64,000 bases of DNA from an uncultured virus (IMG/VR IMGVR_UViG_2851731845_000003) (lineage: Duplodnaviria > Heunggongvirae > Uroviricota > Caudoviricetes), in IMG/VR virus record IMGVR_UViG_2851731845_000003, one strand, 5' to 3'. The translations under genes were made by a program, and so were the position numbers. Positions 9,878-19,514 of the stretch are shown here, piece by piece. The first letter of the stretch is position 1. Each line of letters opens with the position of its first letter. The notes under the pieces are model-generated. The model saw nothing but the letters and a program-made list of their open reading frames with translations. It did not search any database and was not told the origin of the DNA.

Positions 9878-10230
9878 CGACAGCAAGTGACCGTAAACGC
9901 GCCCAACGCCAGCGTGATAAAGAATTAGGCATAACTACACTTACCCTGCGTTTAGATGCACAGGAATTGGCTATGGTGCTGGAGGGATGCGAACAGCGCC
10001 GCATTGCTCGTCAACCTTATGAGGTGACCGAGTATTTAGCCAGCCTGATCCGCCAGGATAATAAGTTACTGCATAAGCAACTTGCCGAATTGAAGAAAAG
10101 TAGCTGTAAACGGTGCGGGGATACGCTGCCAGGTGATAAGGCTGGTTGTTGCTTGCAGGGGGATGCGGAGTGTTGGCAGACGTTGGGGTATAGGCGGTTG
10201 ATGTTGGATATACTCCACTTATCCAATTGA
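9874..10230 (+). CDS. Basic N-terminal, Cys-cluster (putative Zn-binding) protein; homologue of 61426-61779
   Basis: RKRAQRQR..PYEVTEYL..LIRQDN..CKRCGDTLPGD..GC..ECWQTLG. Confidence 0.7.
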   Translation: MTTASDRKRAQRQRDKELGITTLTLRLDAQELAMVLEGCEQRRIARQPYEVTEYLASLIRQDNKLLHKQLAELKKSSCKRCGDTLPGDKAGCCLQGDAECWQTLGYRRLMLDILHLSN

Positions 10231-10580
10231 TAAATATAAAAATAGTCTCGATAAAGTTTGCAATTGACGTCGATATGACAGTCAGTACCCATCGAACCCA
10301 AAATCAAAACATAAGACTGAATGCGGACTAAGGCCTTATCTAACAACATCAATGTATGAAGAGATAAAAGTGGCTAACTGGATTTATGATTTGGTTGGAA
10401 ATACGGCGTGAATTTGCTATTTTTCGATCAATACAAAGTGCACTGCGACTATAGCAATCAGATTTTTGTTTTTTTCTACAGGCGCATGTTTAAGACCAGT
10501 CTAGTAACTCATCGTTTGGTTAATCTGATGAAGTTGCTAGGATAAGAGTGAACATTTTGTTAACAATTGAGAGGCAACAA

Positions 10581-11300
10581 ATGGATAATAGCAAGATTAT
10601 TAATAGCGTTATTGACTCTAAACTTGTTGAGAATACATACAACGATGCGCTTTCTCCAGGACTTAAAGAACTGGGTAAGGTTGGCGCGGATTTAGTCAAA
10701 ACAGCTCGACTTTTGCTTGCACCATTACAGATTGCTGCAACCTTTCAGGATCGTCTGGAACGTTTATTACGTGAAATGAATGTACGCATTCCTGAATCTC
10801 GAAGAATCGAAGTAGCTCCTGAGATTTCTGGTCCAGCCATTGAATCTATGCGTTTTATAAAAGAATCTAGTCCTCTATGGGATTTATTCAAAGAGGTATT
10901 ATTTAAATCTGCCGACCAAAAGTATGTAGAGCTTGTTCATCCATCATTTGTGCAAATAATTAAACAATTGACCAGCGATGAGGCTTTGTTGCTTCTTAAA
11001 TTGGATGTTGAACCTTTTCATCAGGTATATACACAGGATCTAAATTTACAAGAAAATAGGCTTGAGAATAGAGTAATTGAAAGTTCGACTATACCGTTAG
11101 ACGATTTATTATCTCCGGAATCTATGGGGATATATTATTCTCATCTTGAATCACTCTCTTTAGTAACATGGCCCGTTACAAAACAAGATCCAATTTTTGT
11201 GAATGGAGTTCAGACCGGTATTCGTTGTTTTAGTGAAATTCACCTTACTGATTTTGGCAAGTTGTTTGTTTCAGCCTGTATTCCATCTACAGATAGTTGA
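10581..11300 (+). CDS. Second DUF4393/Abi-alpha-like protein in the A-to-cos hotspot
   Basis: YNDALSPGLKELG, PEISGPAIE and HPSFVQIIKQLTSDEALLL; GAGG RBS before ATG 10581. Confidence 0.7.
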   Translation: MDNSKIINSVIDSKLVENTYNDALSPGLKELGKVGADLVKTARLLLAPLQIAATFQDRLERLLREMNVRIPESRRIEVAPEISGPAIESMRFIKESSPLWDLFKEVLFKSADQKYVELVHPSFVQIIKQLTSDEALLLLKLDVEPFHQVYTQDLNLQENRLENRVIESSTIPLDDLLSPESMGIYYSHLESLSLVTWPVTKQDPIFVNGVQTGIRCFSEIHLTDFGKLFVSACIPSTDS

Positions 11301-11435
11301 TCTGTTCCCTGTTGATTAACATATTGTGATTTGAGTAATGTCCCTAGTTTGGCATAAAAACCAATGTCAGACTAGCTTTGGCTCAGTTCAACAAGAGCCT
11401 CAATTCAAGTATTAGTCAGTACATTCAAAACTCTT

Positions 11436-12302
11436 CTAATAAACTTCGTAATTTAACCCTATTGTATAACTATCATTTGATAGTTTTGTTCTGCAAATTT
11501 TCTTTATTCCTAATTCCTTTGCAATTGATAATAAACACTTAACTTGATAATTAGGCATTTTTTCACCAATACAAAGTAATTCAATATGCTCAGGGTTGTA
11601 CTTGAAAAGCCTGTTCCCCTCCATTGAAATATATCTAACTTCTTGCTCATACTCCCAGTCTTTATTTTTAGATGAAGTTAACTTACCAATATGTTTAAAC
11701 ACCTTAAGTTCATTTTTTTCGACATAAAGCTGGTTAGATAACTCAACTAAATTAACAACCGGATAATCATTTATATAATCTATTTCATATGGCCCCGAAA
11801 TCATTTCTTTTTTTAGTTCACTATTTACATCACAGAAAATGTCATCTCTAAATTTCAATGCAAACCCACGAAGGCCATTACCGTAATGTCCCCACATAAG
11901 CCTACTTGTTAAAGGGCTTAGCAAGTCGTTAGATTGATTTCCATCAGAAACAAAGCAGCAAGCTCCGCCATTTGTGTAGCGCTCAACAACAGTATTAAAG
12001 GCATGCCTAGCTATCCTAAGAATTTCATTCTTAAGTATTTCACCTTTATTCAGTATCATTATTTCTGTGAGTGCATCTAATGTCTCATTAGAGTTTTTTA
12101 AATTCAGAAACCTATTCAACCCTCCTGATGAATTCATAACTTTAATCAATTTAACCATATTAGAATCTGTCAGCTCTCCATCTATTATTTTAACCTGTCC
12201 CTCAAATGGATCATTGAAATCACAGACCTTTGAGAACCAGAGGGAAGAATTATATAAGGAGGATAGAGAGTTATCATTTAAAGAGAAGAATTTATATAGC
12301 AT
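11436..12302 (-). CDS. DUF2971-like protein (candidate defence moron)
   Basis: LYKF, LWFS..FNDPFEG, LMWGHYG..GFAL and KNKDWEYEQEVR motifs; very AT-rich. Confidence 0.7.
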   Translation of the reverse strand: MLYKFFSLNDNSLSSLYNSSLWFSKVCDFNDPFEGQVKIIDGELTDSNMVKLIKVMNSSGGLNRFLNLKNSNETLDALTEIMILNKGEILKNEILRIARHAFNTVVERYTNGGACCFVSDGNQSNDLLSPLTSRLMWGHYGNGLRGFALKFRDDIFCDVNSELKKEMISGPYEIDYINDYPVVNLVELSNQLYVEKNELKVFKHIGKLTSSKNKDWEYEQEVRYISMEGNRLFKYNPEHIELLCIGEKMPNYQVKCLLSIAKELGIKKICRTKLSNDSYTIGLNYEVY

Positions 12303-12600
12303 TCCGCCGTCTCAGCCTTTACCTATTGAATTTCTTCTACATGCTACACAAGAATGAAGATGAATCACACAATGGCGATGTTTTTTTAAGATTAAAGAAA
12401 TTTGGGCTACTTCCTTTAAGCAGTGTAGCTCATGAGCATGTAGACGTAAAACTATAAGAAACTGATGCTAGACACCCTATAGCGCGGGTGCTGATAGTGT
12501 ACCACGACAATATTAGATAAGATATAAAAATGAATAGATATGCGATAGTTTGAATAAAATAAAGATGTCACTCAATTTACCCTCAAAATCACCCTACACA

Positions 12601-12636
12601 AAAGCGCCTCCACGCCACACAGAGAGGCGCTTTTTT
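12601..12636 (+). terminator. Intrinsic terminator at the hotspot/cos boundary
   Basis: AAAGCGCCTC..GAGGCGCTTTTTT. Confidence 0.6.
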
Positions 12637-12750
12637 ATTCCTCCTCCGATGATACACATTTTATGTCGAAAAGGCAGGGTTGAGCACATGCGTATACAGG
12701 GTGATTTATGCCACATATGAGGATGCGTGACACCACCGACCACACCCCGC

Positions 12751-12806
12751 TGCGCGTGCCCCCCCGCCCCCACGCTGCAATGACTAAATATTCACTTTTT
12801 ATGCAC
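12751..12806. other. cos-like cohesive end region
   Basis: GTGCCCCCCCGCCCCCACG resembles P2 cos GTGCTTTCCCCGCCTCGCC; followed by TTTTTATGCA; expected position before the Q 3' end. Confidence 0.6.
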
Positions 12807-12984
12807 TTAGAAAGAGACTGAAAACCCAGCATTGGCGCGGTCTGGATAGTGATTAGGGAGTGAATAGAATCATGCGGATTATTGCGCTTTGAACTTGCAG
12901 ATATGTTGAGGTTAGTTTACTAAACAATTTGAGCAATTATCACTGAATTTTGCGGCGGCCGTTGCGGCTTGCTCTTTTAAAATC

Positions 12985-13065
12985 GTGACATGGCACAGAA
13001 ATAAAATCAAGAGCCTTGTGACGTGTCACAAGCAATTAATTTTTAGTTATTGTGACTGACACAAT
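12985..13065. repeat. Three phased GTGAC-N(1-2)-G(T)CAC palindromic boxes
   Basis: GTGACATGGCAC at 12985, CTTGTGACGTGTCACAAG at 13015-13032, ATTGTGACTGACACAAT at 13049-13065. Confidence 0.65.
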
Positions 13066-13163
13066 TCGTCGTTGCTGAAATAAAAAGGCCGCTAATTGAA
13101 TTTTTCATGTGCATATAAATGCAAAAACCGCCAAAAGGCGGTTAGCATATGCATAAAGTGGAT

Positions 13164-14195
13164 TTATTCTTGTTTGGCGAGTAACTCATAAGGTTTAAAT
13201 CTGATAACTTCCTCTCCCACCCAATTATTTAATTCCATTAGCCGTTCTTGTAATGGTGCTAATTCATTGATGGCAAATACCCGCGCGGCTTTTTCCACAT
13301 CACCAAAACCGCCGGTATTATTCGGTAGGATCCCCATCAATTGAGGCGGCACTCGCTGCATAGCAAGCTGATCGTCGCGAGTGGTGTTCTTAATGTTCAT
13401 AAATTCATCTTTGGCGGCCACTTCTGCCAGCGGGATCACTTGGATACCGTCCTTTTTACCCGCTGGGGCATACATAAACAAATTGCGGAAGTTGCCCGGC
13501 CCTTTGGACTCTTTCAATGCCTTGCGTAAGGCGTCGATATCCTCCTGCTTATGGGCGGCATCATTCATATACAGGATAAATCCGGCGTGACTGCCATTGA
13601 GATAGTATTTACGGCGAAATAGTGTCGCGGCTTCATTGAGCCAGGTCGAGTTTAACGAGGCGAGATATTCAGGAACGCCGTAGATCTCCTGATTAATATC
13701 CGGGTCGAGCAGATGAAAAACGCTATTGGCTTCAAACGGGTGCGGGTTCGCATAGGATGAGACATACCAATATGTGTCCGTTTCCACCCCCCGGCGGGTG
13801 TATTTGGCTGGGCTGGGTACCAGTTTCATTATGCCGCCCAACCGGTTATAACGGGCCTCTAAAAATGAGTTGGCGAACACCAAAAAATCCAGCGCATAAC
13901 GGCTAAAATCCTGCTTGGATAGCAGCCGGTGCGGCTCAAACAAGCTAACCAATACATTACGTTTCATGTAGATAGGTGAGCTATGATGTACCGCCGCGCG
14001 AAAGGATTTCGCCAGCCCATTAAAGGACACCGGTGGCTCATACCAACGATCCATAACCGCACATTCCAGATAATCCAGAATATCGCGCCTGTCCATCATC
14101 GGGATCGGGTCGTCAAAAGTAAACGCTTCGGCTTGTGGTGCGGTACTTTTTACCATTGCCGCAGTATTACGTTTATTTCGCTGTTTACGACTCAT
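13164..14195 (-). CDS. Q: Portal protein
   Basis: WYEPPVSF, AAVHHSSPI, QEIYGVPEYL, NGSHAGFI, GPGNFRNLF. Confidence 0.95.
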   Translation of the reverse strand: MSRKQRNKRNTAAMVKSTAPQAEAFTFDDPIPMMDRRDILDYLECAVMDRWYEPPVSFNGLAKSFRAAVHHSSPIYMKRNVLVSLFEPHRLLSKQDFSRYALDFLVFANSFLEARYNRLGGIMKLVPSPAKYTRRGVETDTYWYVSSYANPHPFEANSVFHLLDPDINQEIYGVPEYLASLNSTWLNEAATLFRRKYYLNGSHAGFILYMNDAAHKQEDIDALRKALKESKGPGNFRNLFMYAPAGKKDGIQVIPLAEVAAKDEFMNIKNTTRDDQLAMQRVPPQLMGILPNNTGGFGDVEKAARVFAINELAPLQERLMELNNWVGEEVIRFKPYELLAKQE

Positions 14196-14917
14196 AGTGC
14201 GGCCCCTTGATTAACTGCCCGCGTCGGCCATTGGCACATGTAAAGCATGGCAAATTCGAGTTCGCTCATTTCTCCCCTGAGTCTGACAATATCTTCCGGG
14301 CTGTATAAGCATCCGTTACCGGCGATATCTTCAATGGTGACAATTTGGCTCCATTGGCGATCGTTCTCTAGCGCTTGTTGCCAAAGTGTAAACGCAGCGA
14401 CGCTAGGGGATGGCGTCGTATAGTACGTGCGGCGGTGGCGCTTATGCATGGATATACCATCGGCCACTTTTAATAATCTGTCTGGATTATCCGCCCAGGC
14501 GTATTCACTCACATAGACATTGCCGGAATATCCCGCAGCAAGTGATTTTTCATTAAGAAAGCTGATCTGCGCACCGTTATTCAAGCGTATAAAGTTCACT
14601 TCATTGAACTCATCCCTACAAGAATCTGTCACGGCAAGTTTACCTACAGCCATCCAGGTAAGGATATATTGCCACGCTGCACTCTCAGTCTCTTCCCCTG
14701 CGCTAAAATAGATTTGGTCACGGCCAGTCTCCAGGGCATCAATCAATCCCTCAAGAGCAAAGAACAGATCCGCCCCCGCCAGCCGAGTTTTAGTGATATT
14801 CCGTGTGCGATTATCAATGCCAGCCTTATACCATTCGCGCTGATGATTAAAGGCCCACATATGCATCCAGTATTTTAGGTGCTCAGTATTAGTTTCATCA
14901 AAACAAGCATATTTCAT
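14192..14917 (-). CDS. Stand-alone degenerate terminase ATPase-domain paralogue
   Basis: Collinear with the gpP ATPase domain (QREWY, DALETGRDQ, GNVYVSEY, TTPS, QIVTIED, YMC) but Walker motifs are altered and there is no nuclease domain. Confidence 0.75.
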   Translation of the reverse strand: MKYACFDETNTEHLKYWMHMWAFNHQREWYKAGIDNRTRNITKTRLAGADLFFALEGLIDALETGRDQIYFSAGEETESAAWQYILTWMAVGKLAVTDSCRDEFNEVNFIRLNNGAQISFLNEKSLAAGYSGNVYVSEYAWADNPDRLLKVADGISMHKRHRRTYYTTPSPSVAAFTLWQQALENDRQWSQIVTIEDIAGNGCLYSPEDIVRLRGEMSELEFAMLYMCQWPTRAVNQGAAL

Positions 14918-16680
14918 TAATAGATCTCCATCACACTGGTGTTATTGCTGTTAATGCCTTCAAGAGGCTCATGGAATAAGGCGTGCATAATGGCCCACGC
15001 CACATCACCGTGACTGACGTCTTTGGAGCGGTCAGTCACAAAGGTGGCGTTGCGGCCGCTGGCGGTCATGGTTTTACGGATAGACATAAACGCAGTGGCG
15101 ATATCAATGCAGCCCGCGTCAAACTCCAGGCGGCCGCCTTGAATGATATTTTTTGCTTTATAAATCAGGTCGGCTTTCATTTCTAAGCTGTAGTGAATGG
15201 CGTTAACTGCCGGGAAGAATTGCCGCACTAATTGCGTAACGGAACGGCCCAGCCCGGTATCATCAATACCGATGTAAGTGACGTTATAGCGCTCGGTGAT
15301 CTTTTTGATATTGCTGGCCTGGTCAGCAAAATCCATGCCTTTCCACTGGTGGCGCTCTAACACCCTGAATTTACCGCCCGCCACCACTGGCGGGGCTATG
15401 ACGGCACAACCGGCACTGTCGCCGGTGCTGGCCGGGTCGTAACCAATCCACACCGGCCGGTCACCAAACGGGCGCAGTGCCAGTAATTTAACGTCTGACC
15501 ATTTTTCCCAGCTATCCACCATGCAACGCTGCATTTCGGCCAGCTTGAAGGTGGAGGCGTTATCGTCAATAAAGCCGCACATAAACAGGTTTTCAAAATC
15601 TTCATCACTGTTTTCATTGCGTAATTCATCAATATCAAACAGGTCACAACCCCCTTTCAGGGCATCTTCAATGGTGACAATCTGGCGGTACTGCTTATCC
15701 TCACACAACCGTCCAGCGGCCAGCCGTGGGTAACTGACGTCAATTTCAATGCGCTTATCTTTAGCCTTTCCCTTGTTAAATAAGGTGCCAGCCCAGAACG
15801 GGTAAGCCTCATGTGACGTGCTGGATGGCGTAGAAAAATAGGTGGAGCGGTATCTTTTTTGCGAGGCCATGCCCGATGCAGCGCGGCGCAGCTTCTGAAA
15901 GCCGGGGATCCAAAAATATTCATCCAGATAAAGATTGCCGGGACGGCCCTGCGCGGTGCTGGCATTGGTGCCGAGAAAGTGCATTTCCGCGCCATTGGGT
16001 AAAATAATTACCTCACCGCGCAAATCAACATCCACCTGGCGCGCCGCGGCAACAATATAGTTTTTGAACTGGTGCGCCTGCGCTTTGGAGGCCGAAACAA
16101 ACATTTGGTTGCGGCCGGTGTCGAGCGCATCCAACAGAGCTTCCCATGAGAAAAAGTAGGTTGCTCCTATCTGGCGGGATTTGAGCAAATTACGGATACG
16201 AAAATCAGGTGACAAACCAGCTTCATACCAGTTGCGCTGATAACCGAACATAGATTCATTGAAAATATCTTTCAGTTTGGCAATCTGCGCCTCGCTGAAT
16301 ACATTTTTTTGCGCGGCTTTACGCGTGCCACTGTTGCGGTTTTCAATATTGGGATTAAGGACGGCCTCGTTACCACCATCATTGTATTTACCAATGCGGG
16401 CGTGACGCTCAGCCTGTCGGCCCAGCAAATCAATCTCTTTGTAGTCTTTGGCTTCCTTGACAGGCTTCATTATCAGGCGGCAATATTCCGCCGCCGTGGT
16501 CAGTTGCATCTGATCCAGCGGCCCGTAAGCGTCCCACTTGTCGCGGCGCTTCCAACTGTGTACCGTGACCGCTTTCTCACCGATCATTTCCGCAATTCGG
16601 GCGATGCGCAGCCCTTGCCAATACAGATACATGGCTTGACGGCGGGGATCTAAATCGGCATTGATAGAAGAGATTTCCAT
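14917..16680 (-). CDS. P: Terminase ATPase (large) subunit
   Basis: LYWQG..WKRRDKW, KSRQIGAT, LYLDEYFW, IGYDP, HGDVAWA. Confidence 0.95.
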   Translation of the reverse strand: MEISSINADLDPRRQAMYLYWQGLRIARIAEMIGEKAVTVHSWKRRDKWDAYGPLDQMQLTTAAEYCRLIMKPVKEAKDYKEIDLLGRQAERHARIGKYNDGGNEAVLNPNIENRNSGTRKAAQKNVFSEAQIAKLKDIFNESMFGYQRNWYEAGLSPDFRIRNLLKSRQIGATYFFSWEALLDALDTGRNQMFVSASKAQAHQFKNYIVAAARQVDVDLRGEVIILPNGAEMHFLGTNASTAQGRPGNLYLDEYFWIPGFQKLRRAASGMASQKRYRSTYFSTPSSTSHEAYPFWAGTLFNKGKAKDKRIEIDVSYPRLAAGRLCEDKQYRQIVTIEDALKGGCDLFDIDELRNENSDEDFENLFMCGFIDDNASTFKLAEMQRCMVDSWEKWSDVKLLALRPFGDRPVWIGYDPASTGDSAGCAVIAPPVVAGGKFRVLERHQWKGMDFADQASNIKKITERYNVTYIGIDDTGLGRSVTQLVRQFFPAVNAIHYSLEMKADLIYKAKNIIQGGRLEFDAGCIDIATAFMSIRKTMTASGRNATFVTDRSKDVSHGDVAWAIMHALFHEPLEGINSNNTSVMEIY

Positions 16681-16754
16681 GTGAAATAGCCTGTTTTATT
16701 GCTCAATTACCGCAAGGCTACCTATCCACACCCTCTCCCTCCCGCATTACACCT

Positions 16755-16772
16755 TGTGCCAGCCATAGCACA
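16755..16772. promoter_or_regulatory. Ogr-activated late promoter site (pP/pO)
   Basis: TGT-N12-ACA (TGTGCCAGCCATAGCACA) between divergent P and O. Confidence 0.7.
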
Positions 16773-16848
16773 AGAGCGCCTGATTGTTCCGTTGGTCGCT
16801 GGTCGCCAACATAGGTCACTACTATCGAATCAGACCGGGATCAATCAC

Positions 16849-17661
16849 ATGCCAATATCCAAGTTTTTCCGTGCCGTCGTTGAGGGGGCAACCAGTGATG
16901 GCCGCCATGTGCCACGCGCACACATTATTGAAATGGCTGAAAGCTACAACCCGGCATTTCGTGGTTCGCGCGCCAATCTGGAACACATCAAGAGTGTGTT
17001 GCCTGATAGCCAGTTCCGCGCTTATGGCGATATCACGGCGGCCAAGTATGAGGAAATCGCAGACGGGCCACTGAAAGGTAAATTAGCGCTGCTTGTTCAG
17101 GTCGATGCCACCGACGATCTGGTAAAACTGCGTCAGGCGCGGCAAAAGGTTTATTCCAGCATTGAATATATTGAGAAGTTTGCTGATACCGGCAAAGCCT
17201 ATTTGACCGGCATCGGTTTTACCGATGTTCCCGCCTCATTAGGCGCTGAAATGCTGACATTCTGCGCGCAGAGCGAGCATAGCCCGCTGGCATCACGCAA
17301 AAGCCAGTCGGACGCCATTTTTACCGAAGCCACCGAAATTAATCTGGAATTTGAAGCCGAGCAGGAACCCAAAACCAACCTGCTAACCACTATCAAAACC
17401 ATGTTCACCAAAAAACAGACCGGTGATGATGCGCAGTTCAACGATGTGCATCAGGCGGTTGAGTTGGTTGCGCAGCAAGTTGAGGGGAAATTTAGCGCCC
17501 TTACCGCCTTGGAACAGAAATTTACCGACCTCAAAGCGGCCAGCGATGCGACAAATCAAGAGCTTGCCACGTTAAAAACCACGCTCAGCAATACAGATCG
17601 CAGTTTCTCCCAGCGCGAACCATCAACCGGCAATGACAGCGCCATTCTGACGGATTGCTAA
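16849..17661 (+). CDS. O: Capsid scaffold/protease
   Basis: SKFFRAVVEGATSDGR, ANLEHI, QKVYSSIE, YLTGIGFTDVPASLG. Confidence 0.9.
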   Translation: MPISKFFRAVVEGATSDGRHVPRAHIIEMAESYNPAFRGSRANLEHIKSVLPDSQFRAYGDITAAKYEEIADGPLKGKLALLVQVDATDDLVKLRQARQKVYSSIEYIEKFADTGKAYLTGIGFTDVPASLGAEMLTFCAQSEHSPLASRKSQSDAIFTEATEINLEFEAEQEPKTNLLTTIKTMFTKKQTGDDAQFNDVHQAVELVAQQVEGKFSALTALEQKFTDLKAASDATNQELATLKTTLSNTDRSFSQREPSTGNDSAILTDC

Positions 17662-17697
17662 GTCAGCCCGCTTGCTACGTTAAGGATTTAATTTCAC

Positions 17698-18753
17698 ATG
17701 AAAAAAACGACCCGATTTCAGTACAACCAGTTTTTACAGCAAGTTGCCCGATTGAATAATTTGGACAGCAAAGAGGATATCAGCGCGAAATTTACCGTTG
17801 AGCCATCCATTGCGCAAAAACTGGAAACAAAACAGCAGGAAAGCAGCGCTTTTCTGTTAAAAATTAACATGTACCCGGTGGATGAGAAAGAGGGTGAAAA
17901 GGTCGGTTTGGGTATCGAACGCCCGATTGCCAGTACCACCGATACCAGCCTGAAAGAACGTGAAGCCTCTGATCCGAGCGGCTTAGATGGCACTCGCTAC
18001 AATTGCACCCAAACCAACTTTGACACCGCATTGCCTTATCAGAAGTTAGACATGTGGTCTAAGTTTCCCGATTTCCAGACCCGTATTCGTGATGCCATTG
18101 TGAAGCGTCAGGCGCTTGATCGCATCATGATCGGTTTTAACGGTACGCATCGCGCGAAAACCTCTGATCACACCGTCAATATGCTCTTGCAAGACGTCAA
18201 TATCGGTTGGCTGCAAAGTATTCGAGACAATGCACCCAGCCAGGTGATGGATAAAGTGGTTGATGAGCAGGGTGCTGTTATCTCGCCGAAAATCCGCATC
18301 GGCAAAGGCGGCGACTTCCATAATCTGGATGCGCTGGTGATGGCGGCCACTGATGAGATGATCCAACCGTGGTTCCAAGAGGATACCGAACTGGTCGCCA
18401 TTGTGGGCCGTCAGTTACTGGCAGATAAATACTTTCCGATCGTCAATAAAGAACAGCCGAACACCGAAGCATTGGCGGCCGATTTAATTATCAGCCAGAA
18501 ACGTGTTGGCGGTCAGCCCGCCGTGCGCGCACCGTCTTTCCCGGCGAATGCCATCTTGATCACTCGCTTGGATAACTTGTCTATCTACTGGCAAGACGGC
18601 ACCCGCCGCCGTTCAATCATCGACAATCCAAAGCGGGATCGCATTGAAAACTATGAGTCGGTCAATGAAGCCTATGTGGTTGAGGATTTTGGCTGCGTGG
18701 CATTCATTGAAAACATTGAATTCGGTGATTTCTCCGTCCCAGCAGAAGGTTAA
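17698..18753 (+). CDS. N: Major capsid protein
   Basis: KFTVEPS..QKLE, ALDRIMIGFNG, LLQDVNIGWLQ, NLSIYWQ. Confidence 0.95.
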   Translation: MKKTTRFQYNQFLQQVARLNNLDSKEDISAKFTVEPSIAQKLETKQQESSAFLLKINMYPVDEKEGEKVGLGIERPIASTTDTSLKEREASDPSGLDGTRYNCTQTNFDTALPYQKLDMWSKFPDFQTRIRDAIVKRQALDRIMIGFNGTHRAKTSDHTVNMLLQDVNIGWLQSIRDNAPSQVMDKVVDEQGAVISPKIRIGKGGDFHNLDALVMAATDEMIQPWFQEDTELVAIVGRQLLADKYFPIVNKEQPNTEALAADLIISQKRVGGQPAVRAPSFPANAILITRLDNLSIYWQDGTRRRSIIDNPKRDRIENYESVNEAYVVEDFGCVAFIENIEFGDFSVPAEG

Positions 18754-18759
18754 TCCATT

Positions 18760-19416
18760 ATGAGCAACCCCGTTCGCCGTCACCGGTTATTTGTGGCGGC
18801 TCAACAATCGGATTCACTGAGCGAGGCGGCCACACTGAGCCACGCCAGCAACTACGAACTGTTGTTGTTCAAGCTGCAACAGGATATGGCCCAATTGGGC
18901 CGTATTGAGTCGATAGCCCGCAAGGCCGAGGTCAAACAAGGCATGTTACCGACTTATCAGCCGTGGGTGGCGGGGGTGCTGGCGAAAGGGAGCGGTGAGC
19001 AGGATGACATTCTGATGCGCATGCTGATTTGGCATCTGGATGTCGGCGACATCACTCGCGGTTTAGATATTGCGGAGTACGCCATTAAGCATGATTTGGT
19101 CACGCCAGACAGCTTTAAGCGCACCACCGCATGTCTGATTGCCGAGGAAGTCGCCGCCATTGCACAGCGCACCTTGACCGACCAAAAGCCGCTAGATACC
19201 CCGCAGCTATTGCGTACCCAGCAAATTCTCACCGGTCAGGATATGCCGGATATGGTTTGCGCCCGTCTGCATAAGTTTGTCGGTTATGCCCTGCGTCAGG
19301 GCGGCGACAACGTTCTTGCGCTGGCAAATTTGAAAACGGCGCTGCAACTGGATGATAACAGCGGTGTAAAAACCGATATCAAGAATCTTGAGAAGCTGAT
19401 TAAAGCAGTCTCATAA
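18760..19416 (+). CDS. M: Terminase small subunit
   Basis: Position after N; DMPDMVCARLHK and SGVKTDI motifs. Confidence 0.85.
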   Translation: MSNPVRRHRLFVAAQQSDSLSEAATLSHASNYELLLFKLQQDMAQLGRIESIARKAEVKQGMLPTYQPWVAGVLAKGSGEQDDILMRMLIWHLDVGDITRGLDIAEYAIKHDLVTPDSFKRTTACLIAEEVAAIAQRTLTDQKPLDTPQLLRTQQILTGQDMPDMVCARLHKFVGYALRQGGDNVLALANLKTALQLDDNSGVKTDIKNLEKLIKAVS

Positions 19417-19514
19417 CCCTACGCCCCGGCGAGGGCGGCACGGTAGCCAAGTCAGGATATTTTTTACCCTAACAAGGCCACCGTCCACCGCCCGCTTATT
19501 TTGAGAGTCTCAGC

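Noticed and set aside
10326..10410. Integron attC site or IS end upstream of the Abi-alpha-like gene
   Set aside because: An ATCTAAC is present, but I found no matching GTTRRRY-bounded palindrome or terminal inverted repeat pair
12067..12832. Small ORFs around the DUF2971-like gene and cos
   Set aside because: They overlap the real gene, its promoter region or cos, and show no coding evidence
12985..13065. CRISPR array or CRP sites
   Set aside because: Repeats are short, degenerate and only three, with no cas genes; half-site spacing does not fit the CRP TGTGA-N6-TCACA pattern
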